Below, in pieces: positions 39,240 through 53,090 of a DNA stretch of 64,000 bases; position 1 is the first letter of the stretch; every line of letters starts with the position of its first letter. Source of the stretch: Rhizophagus irregularis (Eukaryota); assembly GCF_026210795.1 (NCBI RefSeq), contig NC_089432.1:1612001-1676000 (forward strand). Reading direction: 5' to 3'. Under the pieces are notes generated by a model that saw nothing but the letters and a program-made list of their open reading frames with translations, was not told the origin of the DNA and did not search any database. Position numbers and translations under genes: made by a program.

Positions 39240-40260
39240 ACACACAGAGGCCACCAAGGCTATTTTGCGTTTTTACAAACCTTTAAAATCCCACCCACTT
39301 TCAATTTTCGTACTTCCTATAGCTGCAGGTTGTGATCGCCGAGGAAGTGAAATGTTGTACGAACGCAATATTGGGCGATATTACCTTTTACGATTAATCC
39401 GGCTACGCTTACCCTTATGACAATCAATATTACATCATGAAGCTTTACCGTCAAATGATGCTACAGTATTCTTCATCGACTTCTGCACGACCAAATATGA
39501 ATTTTATCATAACGATGATAATCACCAATTTTCGAAGAAAATAGTGAGCAAATACTTTAAACGGTTTCACTGACTATTAAAAGACAAACTGGTTGCATTA
39601 CGTGATCGTATTAGAAAAACAAAAACTTTTGTAAGATTTTCATTCAAGACTTACGTCATATATTTACAGTCAAATGTCCTCAACCTGCGGCTTATACTAT
39701 GTCGAAAAAACGATGGCGCTGTACTAAAAACCATAGTTTCATTCTTTCAACTTACGTTAGGGAACATATTCTACGCGATCACAAATTTTATAAAAATTAT
39801 TTACAAAATAATTTAAACAAGAAGAAAATAATTCACAACAACCGTTTAGGTATTAATTACACTTGCACAGTTGCACTATCAAAAGATACACGGATCACCA
39901 ATCTAGAAATTATGAAAAGGAAACCTATCGGAAAGCTACTTTTTTTAAACTCTACCGTTCCTTCACATATGATTTTGTACGTACAAAGAATCTAAGAACG
40001 TTGGGAACCGTATTACTCGGGTTAATGTTTCACTGTAACACTAACAATGAAGATCACGCCCGATGTACTCGTCAAATACTTGTTAAAGGCAAGTTCATTA
40101 AAACTATACAACATATTCCTCAGAAATTTGTGGCGCCTAAACTCCCTTTAGTACGTGCTCGTCAACTTACTTTTTCTTACTATGTATTTATACCTCTAAT
40201 TAGCATTCTACACAAAGTTAGTACGGGTCTCATCCTTAAAATAAAATAAATAAAAAAAAT
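39240..40260 (+). other. GC-richer decayed coding-like segment ending in an A-rich tail; probable retroelement-derived fragment
   Basis: Composition shifts relative to the flanks. Overlapping broken basic ORFs 39699-39995 and 39863-40249. The 3' sequence ccttaaaataaaataaataaa is identical to the tail of LINE B. Confidence 0.4.
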
Positions 40261-40891
40261 AAAAAAACACAAAAAAAGTCGAAAAAAGACAATAAAAAAT
40301 TTTACTAAAATACAAACCAACAATTTACAATGCAAACCTACCGTTTATAATGATCATAAACAATTTATATTAATTAAAAAATTATATATCAAAATTCTTA
40401 CTAAATAAATAAATAAATAAATACTAAATAAAAAATATGATATTTCCTTTAGTAATTGAGCACAAAATATATTTTAATAATATATATAAATTTGACAAAG
40501 ATAACAAAAGAACAATAAAATAACTATTTTGATTAATTTATTGCTATAAATTAAAAATTTCATATTAGTATATAAAATTCTCAAATATATACTATAAAAT
40601 TTACAAAAAAACAAATTTCAACTATTATTAGTGATGGTATCGATAGAAGGTTTGAAGAACAATTTATTATAATATTAATATAATTGATTAAATTTTATAG
40701 AATCGAATACGAAACTGATGATTAAAATGAAAAAATTTCTGTTAAGGTACATAATTTTGGATCATCTTTATATTCTTAGTGCACCGAAAACAAAGAAAAC
40801 AAAGTCCATCCCTATAAGAAATATGTATACGGAAAGGATACGTTTTGTATACATTTTATGTACGTTTCTATAGATTCCGTATACAAATTCC

Positions 40892-43800
40892 CAGATGAAC
40901 TTGTGAATTTATTAACCGAATTATTTTTGGAAAGGAAAAATAAGGTGTTTACTCCTGGTGGTTTAACAGAAGAATACGATGTTCAATGTGGAATTGATCA
41001 GGGGGAAATTATCTCGCCGTTGTTATGGATAATTTACTACGACCCTCTGTTGTCAAAAATTAAAAATTCTGGTTTAGGATATAATATAGACGGTAAAAGG
41101 GTATTAAATTTATATGAAAACATTGATGAAAAAGTAGAATTGAATTTCCCGGGTTTGTCCTATATGGACGATACAAATTTCTTATCTGAAAATAAGGCTG
41201 ATTTAGAAAAAATATTGGAGATAGCTGATTCCTTTTATAATATAAATGATATTAAGATCAATAAAGAAAAATCAGAATTACTTTGGAAAACAAAAAAGGG
41301 TCATAATATGTCTGAAATTGTAAAGATCAAGTTTGGAAATAAAGATTTGATAATTAAACCAGCAGACAAGAAAGGATCAGTCCGAATATTGGGAGTATGG
41401 TTCAATGCATATAATCGACGAGAACACGTGATCGCACAAATACGTGAAGAAGTTAGAAATTGTTGCGAGACAATGATATTAAGAAAAAAGTTATCGGATA
41501 AACAGATGAGTTTTATTTTCAATGTACTGATAATACCCAAAATAGAATATCATGCGCAAATGATTATATTGACCGAAGAAGAATGTAATTCCTTGATCGC
41601 CCCTTTTAGGATGCTTTACAAGAATAAGATAGGATTAGCAAGAACAGCTCCTAATGCTTTAATGCATACGAGGGAATTCTACAATTTAAAAAATTTTTCC
41701 GATAATCAATTACAAGCTAAAATTACGAATTTTATAATACAGATTAACGACAATAACGAGTTAGGACAAGTTACTAGAATAAGGCTTTATAATTTACAAG
41801 AGTTACTTTTACTAGTAGATGATCCATTATCATCTTTAACCGTGAACGATATCATAAGGTATAAGAAGATATTTAGGGCACAATTAAGAAATTCCTTTCT
41901 GATCGAAAATATTCTTTTAATGAAAAGCCATGGATTTGATGTTAAAAATAATAATAATTCAACAAAAAATTTAATGAAAGTACCAGGAGGTAACGTTAGA
42001 ATTAAAGATATTATCGGTGAAAGATTATTTTTTAAAAATATTTTATCTTTGAAAAAATTGAATGTCGTTTTTTTGGATCAAATTTTGACTTTAGATGGAA
42101 AAAATATGTTAATATTTAAAGAAGTATTTGATAAAAAATTTAATACATTTGGATCGCGGAATAAGAGTTTAATTAAAAATCTTGGGAAGAATTAGAAAAT
42201 AGAATTTTAATAGACTCTGAAAATAATAGAAAAATTAAAAAAGAAATTTATGACAAACTTTCGCATGGTTTAGCAAAAAATTTAAAGGGAACGGATATTA
42301 AACCAGTAGCAGTTGATCCATTATCGTGGAAATCCTTTGTAGCTGTAGTAGGAAGTAACTCAAAAGTTATTTATGGGAAAAAATATAATACGATGAATGG
42401 ATGGATAATAATGGAACATTTTGAAGTATTAAGTAATCCAATGGATATGTCCATAGTGATGAGGAAATGTGAAGGTTGTGCTTTGAATGAGAGAGATAAA
42501 TTATCGAACGAATATTTATACAAGAATTCGTCTTGTTTATTAGCGTCGAGAACTGATTGTACATTTTATTTAGAAAATATAAAAAATTCGAAAGGTATTT
42601 TAATGAAATCGAGTGAGTCTTATATAATAACAGAATTTATACAAGAACATTTCGAAGGTTTTTTATTACATGATAGTATCTTTTCTTGTAATCCGTATTT
42701 ACACGGGTGGGATGATGCTATATTAATCGAAAATAATTATGAGTTTAATAATGTGATAGAAAATATATTTTTAAAGAAAAATCGAATAATAATATAAGTA
42801 TAGAAAAAATATTGAGTATCAATTTAAAGATAAAAAGTTTAGAGAAGGTATATATTTATATAGACGGGTCCGTTATTAATAGTGGGACCGAGAATATAGA
42901 AGGGTTAGCAGGTATTAATATTTATGATAATGAGCATAATTTCATTGATGAAATGTATTTTTCGATTGAAAATTGGATATCACCAATCAAGGCGGAAACG
43001 GCTGCATTTTTAATAGCGTTAATTATTGCGTTCAACGTTGAAAACGTTAAAATTTTTACCGATAGCGAAAATGTTTATAGAAAATATTATAATATCGTTA
43101 AAGAAAATTCGATTTACGGTGCTAGGAAAATATTAAAAGAAGAAAATAATATATATATGTGGGCACTTATAAGACAAATGTTAGTTAAAGATAAGATTAT
43201 AGTGCCAACGCTAATCAAGATAAAAGCGCATGCCGATAATGTTTATCATAATTTATTAGATAAAAATATTAAAGAAAAATATGGAGATCTTGATAGGGTT
43301 TATTCGATTAATGTTAATTATAGTAATATTGATGACATTAATTATGTTGTTATCTGGAATAATATTGTGATAGAAAAACGACTGCGACATTTTATTCGTC
43401 AATATACAGATGTACGGAATTTTGAACAATTTTTAAACTTACAACGAAATGCGAAATACAGAAAGAATCAAATTGATTGGTATATTACATTTGAATATTT
43501 GAAAGAAAAAGAAGGCGCTTTAGTGACTAGTTTGTGGACATCTAAAAGGCGTCGTAAGAAAATGCAAAAACTGATAGAAGAAATACCTACAATTGAACAT
43601 TGTAAAAAGTCCCTATTTGATTTATTTAAAGATTGGAAATGTCCACGATGTGAAAAGAAAAAAGAAACTTTTAACCATGTTTGGAGATGTAAATCTCAAA
43701 AAAAGATGATGATGTTAATTACAAAAAATTCTTTTGAATTTCTTTTCAAAGAAATTTCAGATTTAAATTGTTATGAGATTAAAAAGGAAGAATTTCTTAA

Positions 43801-44484
43801 ATTTTTTCAAGAGAAAACTTATTGTATATTATCAGAGGATACAGATAATTTAACGTTTATAGATGTTATTAAAGGGTTATTTCCTTTAGATATTACGAAG
43901 TTCTTAATAGATATTAAGATAAATAAGGATCATCGAATGGCGTTAAGTGTCTCATTTTTAGAATATGTTTACGATGAAACCTTTAAGATTTGGGAGGACA
44001 GATGTGAAGTAGAAATTAAGAAAGAAAAAGCTTTTCGAATTAATAGAGCGAAAAAAATGTCAACGAAAAGTTACGATCCCGAATATAAAAATAGGCTTGA
44101 CGGGTTAACCACGCCACTATATAATAGGGCTGAGGGTTTGCTTGCTGGGATTTATTTTAATAAAAAGCCTTTGGATTTTACAGTTTTTGTGAACCGGATT
44201 ATGTTTAGTTTTTTTTAATTTTTTTATTATTTTCTATTTTGTTCGCCCGATAGGGTGAGTTTTATTTTGGTTCTTATTTTATATAGTTCTATTTTCATTT
44301 AATCTGGTTTGTTAGGGGTGATTTAATTTATTATTTCATTCTAGATATTTAGTTTAGTATTATTGATTAGATAGTTTTTTTACTATAACTGTTATCAAAC
44401 TAAAGACATAATTGTAATTTCGTTGATCAATTTAATTAATAAAAGTTCGTTTGTTAGCCAGGGAAAAAAAAAAAAAAAAAAAAA
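40892..44484 (+). mobile_element. 5'-truncated non-LTR retrotransposon (RT 3' half, RNase H, CCHC); LINE A
   Basis: GIDQGEIISPLLWIIYYDPLL, YMDD, YIDGS...KAE...FTDS...IKAH and CPRC-x8-H-x3-C. Poly-A at 44464-44484. 21-bp TSD tagattccgtatacaaattcc (40871-40891 and 44485-44505). Frameshifts near 42180 and 42780. Confidence 0.95.
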
Positions 44485-44865
44485 TAGATTCCGTATACAA
44501 ATTCCAATAAGCAATTCATTTTTGAACATTTTTTAAAAAAAACTGATGTATACGAAATGTATACGGAAAAAATCAATCATACGGAATGTATACGGAATTT
44601 TTAAACTTAATATTTTTAGAAAATAATTTTACAAAAATCTCGTATCATAACACGAGATCACGTGATTGTTTATTGTTTTGTTATGATACGTTTTTTGTTT
44701 TTATATAAACCCTTACTTTTTTTTTTTAATATATGAGCTTTTCCACGTCGATCTTCTGTCCAAAAATTAGCTAAAGAACACTACATAGAAAAATATTTTT
44801 CCTACTTATTAACATACAAAAATTATTAAATTTTTAGACTTCCCAACGTGAAAAGCATATAATAG

Positions 44866-47142
44866 ATGGCGCAAAACACTCGCTCAAAAAATTCAAGAAA
44901 ATTCTCTCATAAGGCTCAACTAGAAACTCATACTAGTCTTACTGATGAAGCAATAGTCGCTGAGACCTATAGTGACGACTCAAACTCACCCCTTGATCAA
45001 GGGCTAACAAAACGAACAAAAACAGATACAGTATCAGACGATACTTACTCTGAACCCAAAGTCAATAATGATATGGATATTGACAAAAACTTAGAAAAAG
45101 AAATTGTTGTTTCCCCGAATTCTGACACCGAATCACGTGATCCCATTAGTGCAAATAAACAAACACCAATCAACACAGAATCGGATGACATGATCACAGA
45201 TCTTCCAAACAAAGATACTAATGGAGCTTTTGCTCCCGGATCATCCAATACACAAAATACACAACAACAAAACAATGACGAAATTACACGGAGCATTCTT
45301 ATTTTTAAAGAAAATCCCTCCACCACAAATTGCCAATATTTTATTTTTTTCACGAAGGAACAATTTGACGCCAACAAATCTAACAATGAAATTATAAATT
45401 CAATCAAAAATGCATTTCTTACAATACATCACGCTATTGGTTACAAATACCAAAAGAAAGCTACCCTGGAATTTTTCACGGTGCAAATTAATAACGAAGA
45501 ATGTTATAACAATATAGTTGACAAACCGATAGCACTCCTTAACAATATTACCCCTCGTCCATACTCAAAAGATTTAATCGATCAATTGATCGCTACCAAA
45601 CTTAATAAAATTGAAGAATGTACCGTTAAATTGGCAAACGTCCCATTCAACTATGACGTAAACCTTCTCATCAAACACTTTGCTAATTTTACAAAACAGT
45701 CTATTGCCAGTTTTAAAGAAATCAAACCTAATCTTAAAAGAAGAAGACCACTAGACAACAGGAATACCCAACGCACTCAATCACCTACCTATAAACAAGT
45801 GATTATCACTTTTGACAAGAGATCAGCTGTTGAATATTTATTCGCCCAACATAAATGGGGAATACTTATAGAAAACTTTCTAGTTCGTACTTTACCAATA
45901 GATGTAAATTCTCAAATTTACAAACAGCGAAACACTCCCACATATGTAGTCACAGGTATACCACTTAACGCCAATATTTTGGACCTAGAACCCCTAATTA
46001 ACCACGTCAAAGGTAGATCCTTGGCATTCGTTCCAACCAACCCGAATTCATTACACAAAGTAGCATATATTTATACGGATTGTAAAATAGATGATCAATC
46101 TAGCATTATTAAAAAATTTGACACACCATTTAACGGAGCCAAACTCTTTATTTTTCCGGCATCACAGAAAAAGTATACAGACACTTGTGGATATTGTGGT
46201 GACGATAATCACACGATTAATGATTGTAAAGAAACAGACTATGTACTACTACCAAACAATCGTGGCCGACGTTTTAGGAAAAAATTTCTGGCCAGACCCA
46301 ACAAATTTACGATGGATGATTCAAATAAATCCGTATATAATCGTATTAGAATAATCACCAGATCTACGCCCAATGAGCATAATCCCAACCATAATGGTCC
46401 TAATCAATCGTTACATTCAAAACCAAAATACCCTAACAATACCAATTATAATCATAATCAAACACAGTATCAACAACCAAGATATGGTAAAAGTATCAAT
46501 AATACACAATCAATCCCACATGGATCATGGTCACATCCTACCGAAGAATCTAGGTATAATTCTTCAAATAAAGGTAAAGGACGCAAACAGGACAACGATA
46601 TCGAAGAACTTAAAAAACAAATCACACATCTCAACACTATTATCAAAGACCTTAGTTCACAAATTAAAGGCCTAGATATTACTCAAAAAACCCATAATAA
46701 AGATATTAAATTATTACAAGAACAAGAACGTCGTCATGCAGAGGACATCGAAAAAATTAGAGTGGAATGTGAGAAAACCAATACAACCATTACTAAACAG
46801 TCAGAGATCATTAGTGACATCCCAGAAATGGCATCAATCCTGAGAAACATTAACAACTCAGGGATATTAACACATTACCAACCACAACAAGAGGCATATG
46901 GTACACATAATTACGCCCATCCACCTCACAATTTATACGTCGAGGAACACGTACATCAACAAGAAGAGATCTATAGTGAATACGAGGATTCTAATAATGG
47001 CTACGAATCTTCAGATACAATTAATACCCGCATATTTCCTGATGATGATAATTATACATCATCACATCCCACATCATCTTCATTCCCCTCTATAACATCA
47101 AGAGTAGGTGGTTTCCTCGGTCTCAACCAGAGACAACAATAA
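44866..47142 (+). CDS. LINE B ORF1, gag-like nucleic-acid-binding protein, 758 aa
   Basis: Open ORF. Zinc knuckle CGYCGDDNHTINDC (CX2CX4HX4C). Two RRM-like starts (VKLANVPFN, YVVTGIPLN). Coiled-coil IEELKKQITHLNTIIKDLSSQIKGL. Confidence 0.88.
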   Translation: MAQNTRSKNSRKFSHKAQLETHTSLTDEAIVAETYSDDSNSPLDQGLTKRTKTDTVSDDTYSEPKVNNDMDIDKNLEKEIVVSPNSDTESRDPISANKQTPINTESDDMITDLPNKDTNGAFAPGSSNTQNTQQQNNDEITRSILIFKENPSTTNCQYFIFFTKEQFDANKSNNEIINSIKNAFLTIHHAIGYKYQKKATLEFFTVQINNEECYNNIVDKPIALLNNITPRPYSKDLIDQLIATKLNKIEECTVKLANVPFNYDVNLLIKHFANFTKQSIASFKEIKPNLKRRRPLDNRNTQRTQSPTYKQVIITFDKRSAVEYLFAQHKWGILIENFLVRTLPIDVNSQIYKQRNTPTYVVTGIPLNANILDLEPLINHVKGRSLAFVPTNPNSLHKVAYIYTDCKIDDQSSIIKKFDTPFNGAKLFIFPASQKKYTDTCGYCGDDNHTINDCKETDYVLLPNNRGRRFRKKFLARPNKFTMDDSNKSVYNRIRIITRSTPNEHNPNHNGPNQSLHSKPKYPNNTNYNHNQTQYQQPRYGKSINNTQSIPHGSWSHPTEESRYNSSNKGKGRKQDNDIEELKKQITHLNTIIKDLSSQIKGLDITQKTHNKDIKLLQEQERRHAEDIEKIRVECEKTNTTITKQSEIISDIPEMASILRNINNSGILTHYQPQQEAYGTHNYAHPPHNLYVEEHVHQQEEIYSEYEDSNNGYESSDTINTRIFPDDDNYTSSHPTSSSFPSITSRVGGFLGLNQRQQ

Positions 47143-47197
47143 TCATTGATTATTGCCCTATACACAAGTATTATCTCTCAACTATCAGGGTGGATTA

Positions 47198-50100
47198 ATG
47201 ATTAACAACAGTAATAATACACACACTTCTGGCGTCGAAAACCAGAAATTTTCTCCTTTTTCTAAAATTAAACATCTTATTTCTTCAAATAATCCTTTTA
47301 AAAATACTAAAAAAACTTCAAAATTACAAAATCAAAAAAATAACATTAATAATATTGACAATACAGATACCCCTCAAATTGAACAACATTCTTATCCCAC
47401 TTTAATTTTCGCTACCCATAACATTCAAGGTTCCCTCAATCAAAAAAGAGACGATTTGTTATTATATATGATGGAACATGACATTGACTGTCTCTTCGTT
47501 TGCGAGACCAACATTGTAGACCCAAATTTTTCACCCACACTTAAAACTGCGTGGCAAAAAATTATAGCACCAATACATAATAATTCTAATAATACCTTTT
47601 ATTTTATTAACAATCCAGATCTGGAACACAGAGGTTCAGGTAGTACTTTCATACTGACAGAGAAATTACATAAACATCTACAAACAACAAAGATATTGGA
47701 TCATGGTCGTTGTATAAAGATTACGCTTAATTTCAAAAATCACAAAATATTCAACATCTATGGAATTTATTTACCAAGTGGTAAAGATAAGTCAAATGAA
47801 CACATTAAAAAAATGAGACTTAATAACATCTGCAAAATTCTTTTTGATGATATCGCTAAAACAAAATCACGTGACCACAATTATACCACGATAATGGGGG
47901 ATTTTAATATTAATTATTCCAAAGAGATCCTTAAAAAAGGAAAATCAATTTCATATATTGACGCCATGGACAAAATCAAAAACAACCAACTAGAACAATG
48001 GATGTGTTACAAAATATTAAAACTATTAAATTTTACCAATATAGCGACAACCTTCAAAAAAGAATCGGAGAAAACATGGTTTTCTTCTTGTACTAGTTCA
48101 GCTTCCTTCACTACTGTTGATTATATCTGGGCATCTAACAATCTTAATGATATTATCATTGACTTTAATTTAACAAGAACAACTTACTCTTCAGACCACG
48201 CCATGTTGATGTTCACTTTTGAACATCCAAACAATTCTTTTGTTAACTTAAAGAATTTCAACAAGTCACGTGATACAGGAAAATCCTTCAACAATAGATA
48301 TAACCTTAATAGCATTCAAAAAGAGGACTGGGTCACATTTAATAATATAGTTAATGAAAAACTCATAAGGTTGCAGGATATACCACATTATTCAACTAAA
48401 ACTCAAGTATCAGCAGCGATGAATATTTTCAACTCCATCATCACAGATTCCTTGAACGAAATGAAGGTCGCTAAAATTAAAGTAACTCCAAGGCGCAATA
48501 ATTTACCACTGGCTTTACGTAAAAAATATAATCATATTCACCAACTCAACTCTATACAAGCTACAGTAAAAGAAGCGTTATATATAGAATCAGATCAATT
48601 TAAATTAAAAATTCCCTCTAGTGCTGAACAACATAAAGGATTAAAAAATAATTTTGACCGCCATTGGAGACGAAAATCAAATTGGCTTATCAAATTATTC
48701 CGCCAATATAATGTACGAAATGGGATTGCACTATATAGTCAAACTTTAAATTCGGTCGAAGAGTTAGAGAGTGTCCATATCAATATTGTTAATCTAATCG
48801 ATCATATCAACAATGAAATCGTCAAAGAACGAAACGCTTGGGATGTCCAGCAAATCGAATATTTCATTAATAGATGAAACGAAGACTTAAAAACTAATCA
48901 GAAAAGAGCATTAAATTCTATTTTAGAAAGAAATCCCAGAAAGATTATCCTTGATCGTCTTAAATTTTATGAAAATGGCGATATTCAATATATGACAGAC
49001 CATCAGATCATTAACGAGAAAGTTAACTCACACTTTCAAAATATAGGTTCCTCAGACACATCACCTAATGTATACAATCCTTTAATAGAAATGCCACATC
49101 CCTGGCGTTCCGTTTACTCACCGAAGACAATCAATGATCTGGACGCCATCAAAAAACTCATAGATCCAATTACCGTTGATGAACTTCAATTAATGATCAA
49201 AACGTTACCGAATCATAAAGCTCCAGGACCTTCAGGCATATCATATGAATTGATAAAAAAACTACCATCATCGTTCTTGAAAGAACTTGTAGACTTTTAT
49301 AATCACATACTTTCTACTGGTATCTTACCGGATTCATGGCAAGATGCACTTTTATATCCAATCCCAAAACCAATTTGGTGGGATAATGATATTAAACATA
49401 CACGTCCTATCGTTTTATTAGACACCTTTAGAAAATTACTTGTGAAAATTATTAACGCACGTCTTAATTATTACTTAAGTTCAAATAAGATTCTACAACC
49501 TAACAATAGAGCAGGTACTCAAGGATCATCCTGCATGGAAATCATTTTCACGATTCAAAGCGCTATTACTGCGGCTAAACAACTCAACAAAAAGCTCTAT
49601 ATCATGATTCAAGATCTCTCAAAGGCTTATGACCGGGTTAATATTCCTTTACTAAGACGCGCCCTTTTACGTATATGTATACCTGATAATCTAATAGACT
49701 TCATTATTAATCTCTTTACTGATCGAAAGAATTCAGTACTTTTTGAAAACTTTATTGGAGACCAATATGACGTACTTAATGGTATAGATCAAGGCGAATC
49801 TATTTGTCCGCTCTTATGGGTCATTTATTATGATCCCATGTTTCAATTAATTAATGAAACGACAGATAAGGAATACATGGGTATAGAATTTGAGACTTCG
49901 TTGCCTAGAAATATTCATCGTTTTGATATAGATGATCGGCATATTGAAAAATTTTCAGCAAAGGTTCTGGGATATTTAGACGATACCACTTGGTTGACTA
50001 GTGACCTTAATTGTCTACAAAAGAATTTGGAAATTGCAGATAGTTTTTATCAATTAGCCAACATTAAAATTAATAAGGACAAGACGGTAATTTTATCCAA

Positions 50101-53090
50101 CGATAAAAAAGAACAATCGGATATTATCAACATTTCCTTTGGTAATGACTCAATTAATGTGAAATTACAACCGATGGGTAAAGGTACACGCATTCTTGGA
50201 GTTCACTTACATGCTGATGGAACCAACGCCACCACTCTTTCAAAAATTAATAGTATGGTTAATTATACATCATTCCTTATTAGACGGAAGAAACTCACTC
50301 ATGATCACGTGATCTATGTTATTAACAAAGTGATCATTCCACGGATAGAATATTTATCCCAACATATTTTCTTCCAGCCTCTTATTGTGCAAAACTTAAC
50401 TCACGATTACGCTCTTTATTCAAAAATTCCTTACAATTACCACGCAACACTTATAACTCAGTTATCCATAGTAGGATTTACCCTCACATTGTGAATATCT
50501 TCGACAATCAACTAAAAGCACAATCAGCGTTATTTTTCGCACAAGCTAACTGTCCATTTACCAGTGATATTATTAAATTTCTTTTATTATTAACACAACA
50601 AAAATATAATTTACCTTTTAATCCATTTGATTTTTTTACTTTATTTGATTCCCCATTACGACGTTTCACTAGATTAGAAAGTTTATTTGTTTTTTTTTAA
50701 ATTTTATAATATTTCGGTAACTTCCCATTTTAATTTTAAGGTTAGAGGTGGTGTGTACCCTATTTCTCACTATGTGATTGATCAATCGTTCTTATATAGT
50801 CATTTGATGAGTTTACGTACTAAAGGTATTATGTTCTTGGATCAGATAATCACTGAAGAGTCAGCTTATTTAAAGGATTACAAAGATATTAAAAAATCTC
50901 TGCAATGCAAAAAAGGTAGAATTCCGAGATGGTATACCTTTCTTAAGGATAATTTAACGATAAATAGCAATAATAGATTGAATATTGAACTAGATCAACC
51001 TATAATAAAAAGTCATAATGTGGAACGTCTCAAACCACCTAATATATCACGCGACGCTTTTCATCACAAAGGACCTAGTAAATGGGTTACAACCTGGTCA
51101 CCTAATATCATTGACGTTGTATATGGAAAAGCCATTACTTCTACCAATTTTGAACATATCGTCCCTTTCTTATATGCTGAACATTGGATTAAAGTTCCTC
51201 TAAACGCTTCGACTTCAACACCTCGTTCACGTCCAAACATTATCCAACCATGTCCAGGTTGTCAATTACACTTTCCTTATTATATTGGTGATAATAGAAT
51301 CTCATGTATCCTAAAAATTCCTTACTCCAAAATTATCCGTGCATATATCCTACAAAAATCTAATATAGACTTGTACTCTTCCTGGTTACCTACCCGTCTA
51401 CTCAAGATAGCCAAAGTTCTTAAACACAATCATGAATATTATAAGGTCGTAGCGTATAATGATTACTTAATCCGCGGGGGTTTAATAACAGCTGATTCTA
51501 TCCAAGCTGATTCGTTAGATAATGCTATTCCCGGAAATCTTAATTACCAACTACTTACAGTTTTAATTAAAGATCGTTTAATTCAAGCTAATCTATGGAG
51601 TTTGGCACAACAAGTTCATCACTACCCGTTTTTTGAATTATATACGGATGGATCCTTTAATAATACCCCTGGTATCAATGAATTTCACATGGGCTATGGT
51701 TGGCATATATCTAATATACAAAATCAAGATTTCTCATATTGTGGTTCTATTGAACACTTTCCTTCAGCGACAAAAGCTGAAATCATGGCCATTTTAACCG
51801 CTCTAATTATTTTACCTGGTGGTTCGGACGTCACGATTTTCACTGACTCTCAAGCTGCGATTTCCAATTTCCAGAAATCTGCACATTTACAATATGTTTC
51901 TCCACGCCGATTCAACAAAATTAATTATATGTCTCTTTGGTCTGCGATTCATCACATTATTAAAAAATTATCGCTTAATGTTAAACTGATTAAAGTTAAA
52001 GCACATTCGTCTTCAGCTGATAATGACAAAGCGGATGCTCTAGCTAAAATGGGTCATTTTAAAACTCCTCCCACGTCAATTACTCTCCATGGTATCCCTA
52101 ATTTAAATATTTCCTTGGAATGGAATAATGAGATCACGATAGATAAAGATATTAGGAAGACGGTTGGCAAGATCATAGATTATAGATGGTTAGATAACCA
52201 CATGAATCACAATAATTTATCAGACATATACAAGTTCACACAACATAATATGATCAATTGGTCTTTGACATCAAAATTTTTTCATCATAATTCAAGAGAC
52301 ACATATACCGATGACAAACATAGTAAAGATATTAGTTGGATTATTAAATCGTCAACTGGTACGTTACCAACCCTCGACTTTTTAAATCGGAACTTTCCAA
52401 AATTAATCAAAGATGACACCAAGTGTATGCTCTGTAACTCAGCAGAAGAGAGTAACGATCATATTTGGAAATGTCCAACCCTATTACCACATATTCGTTC
52501 GACTTTCAGACTTCTAGCTGATCAAGCTCAGACGTTCCTTCAAAAATATGCAGATAAATTGAATCTATGTATTACTGACTCTATCAAATACTCCAACACT
52601 TTTTGTTGGTCCTTTTACAACGATGCACCAATCACGGATAATGCAACCTTACTTTTACGATCTTATGTATCAGAAGACCTATTTCGTACATTTAGAACCC
52701 ACTTTCTTACACAAGGAGCGACGATTAAAGCCATACTTAAATTTATGGAAACAGCGACACGTTTAATTAAACGTAATATTTGGAAAGTTCGATCTGCCGC
52801 GTGGAAAGATAAAAAACGTAGGTTACAGATAACGAAAAAGAGTTTTAAAAATTATCAACGTGATCCTCGTATGAAGACTACCAGAGCGCCCAGACGTCGT
52901 AACATTGGCTATATTTGCCCTCAAACAGTATCGTTATAATAATTATAATCGTTCTGATCTCATTTTTATTATATTAGCATCTTCAAATTTTTTACATAGT
53001 AGTGTTTTTTTTAATCAATTAACTTATGATTTATCAGATGATATTTCCTATTATTCTTCTCCTCATTATTCCCGTATTTTAATGGTTTAG
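47198..53090 (+). pseudogene. LINE B ORF2: APE endonuclease, reverse transcriptase, RNase H, CCHC finger; disrupted
   Basis: APE motifs HNIQG, CET, GDFN, DYIW, SDH. RT motifs KAPGPSGI, RPIVLL, QDLSKAYD, GIDQG, YLDD. RNase H YTDGS...AEIMAI...TDS...KAH...NDKAD. CMLC-x8-H-x3-C. One in-frame TGA at 48875 and frameshifts near 50370, 50690 and 52930. Confidence 0.93.

Noticed and set aside
40858..40891. ATG start of the 445-aa RT ORF as a real gene start
   Set aside because: The first 11 codons come from the host element and TSD; the LINE is 5'-truncated mid-RT.
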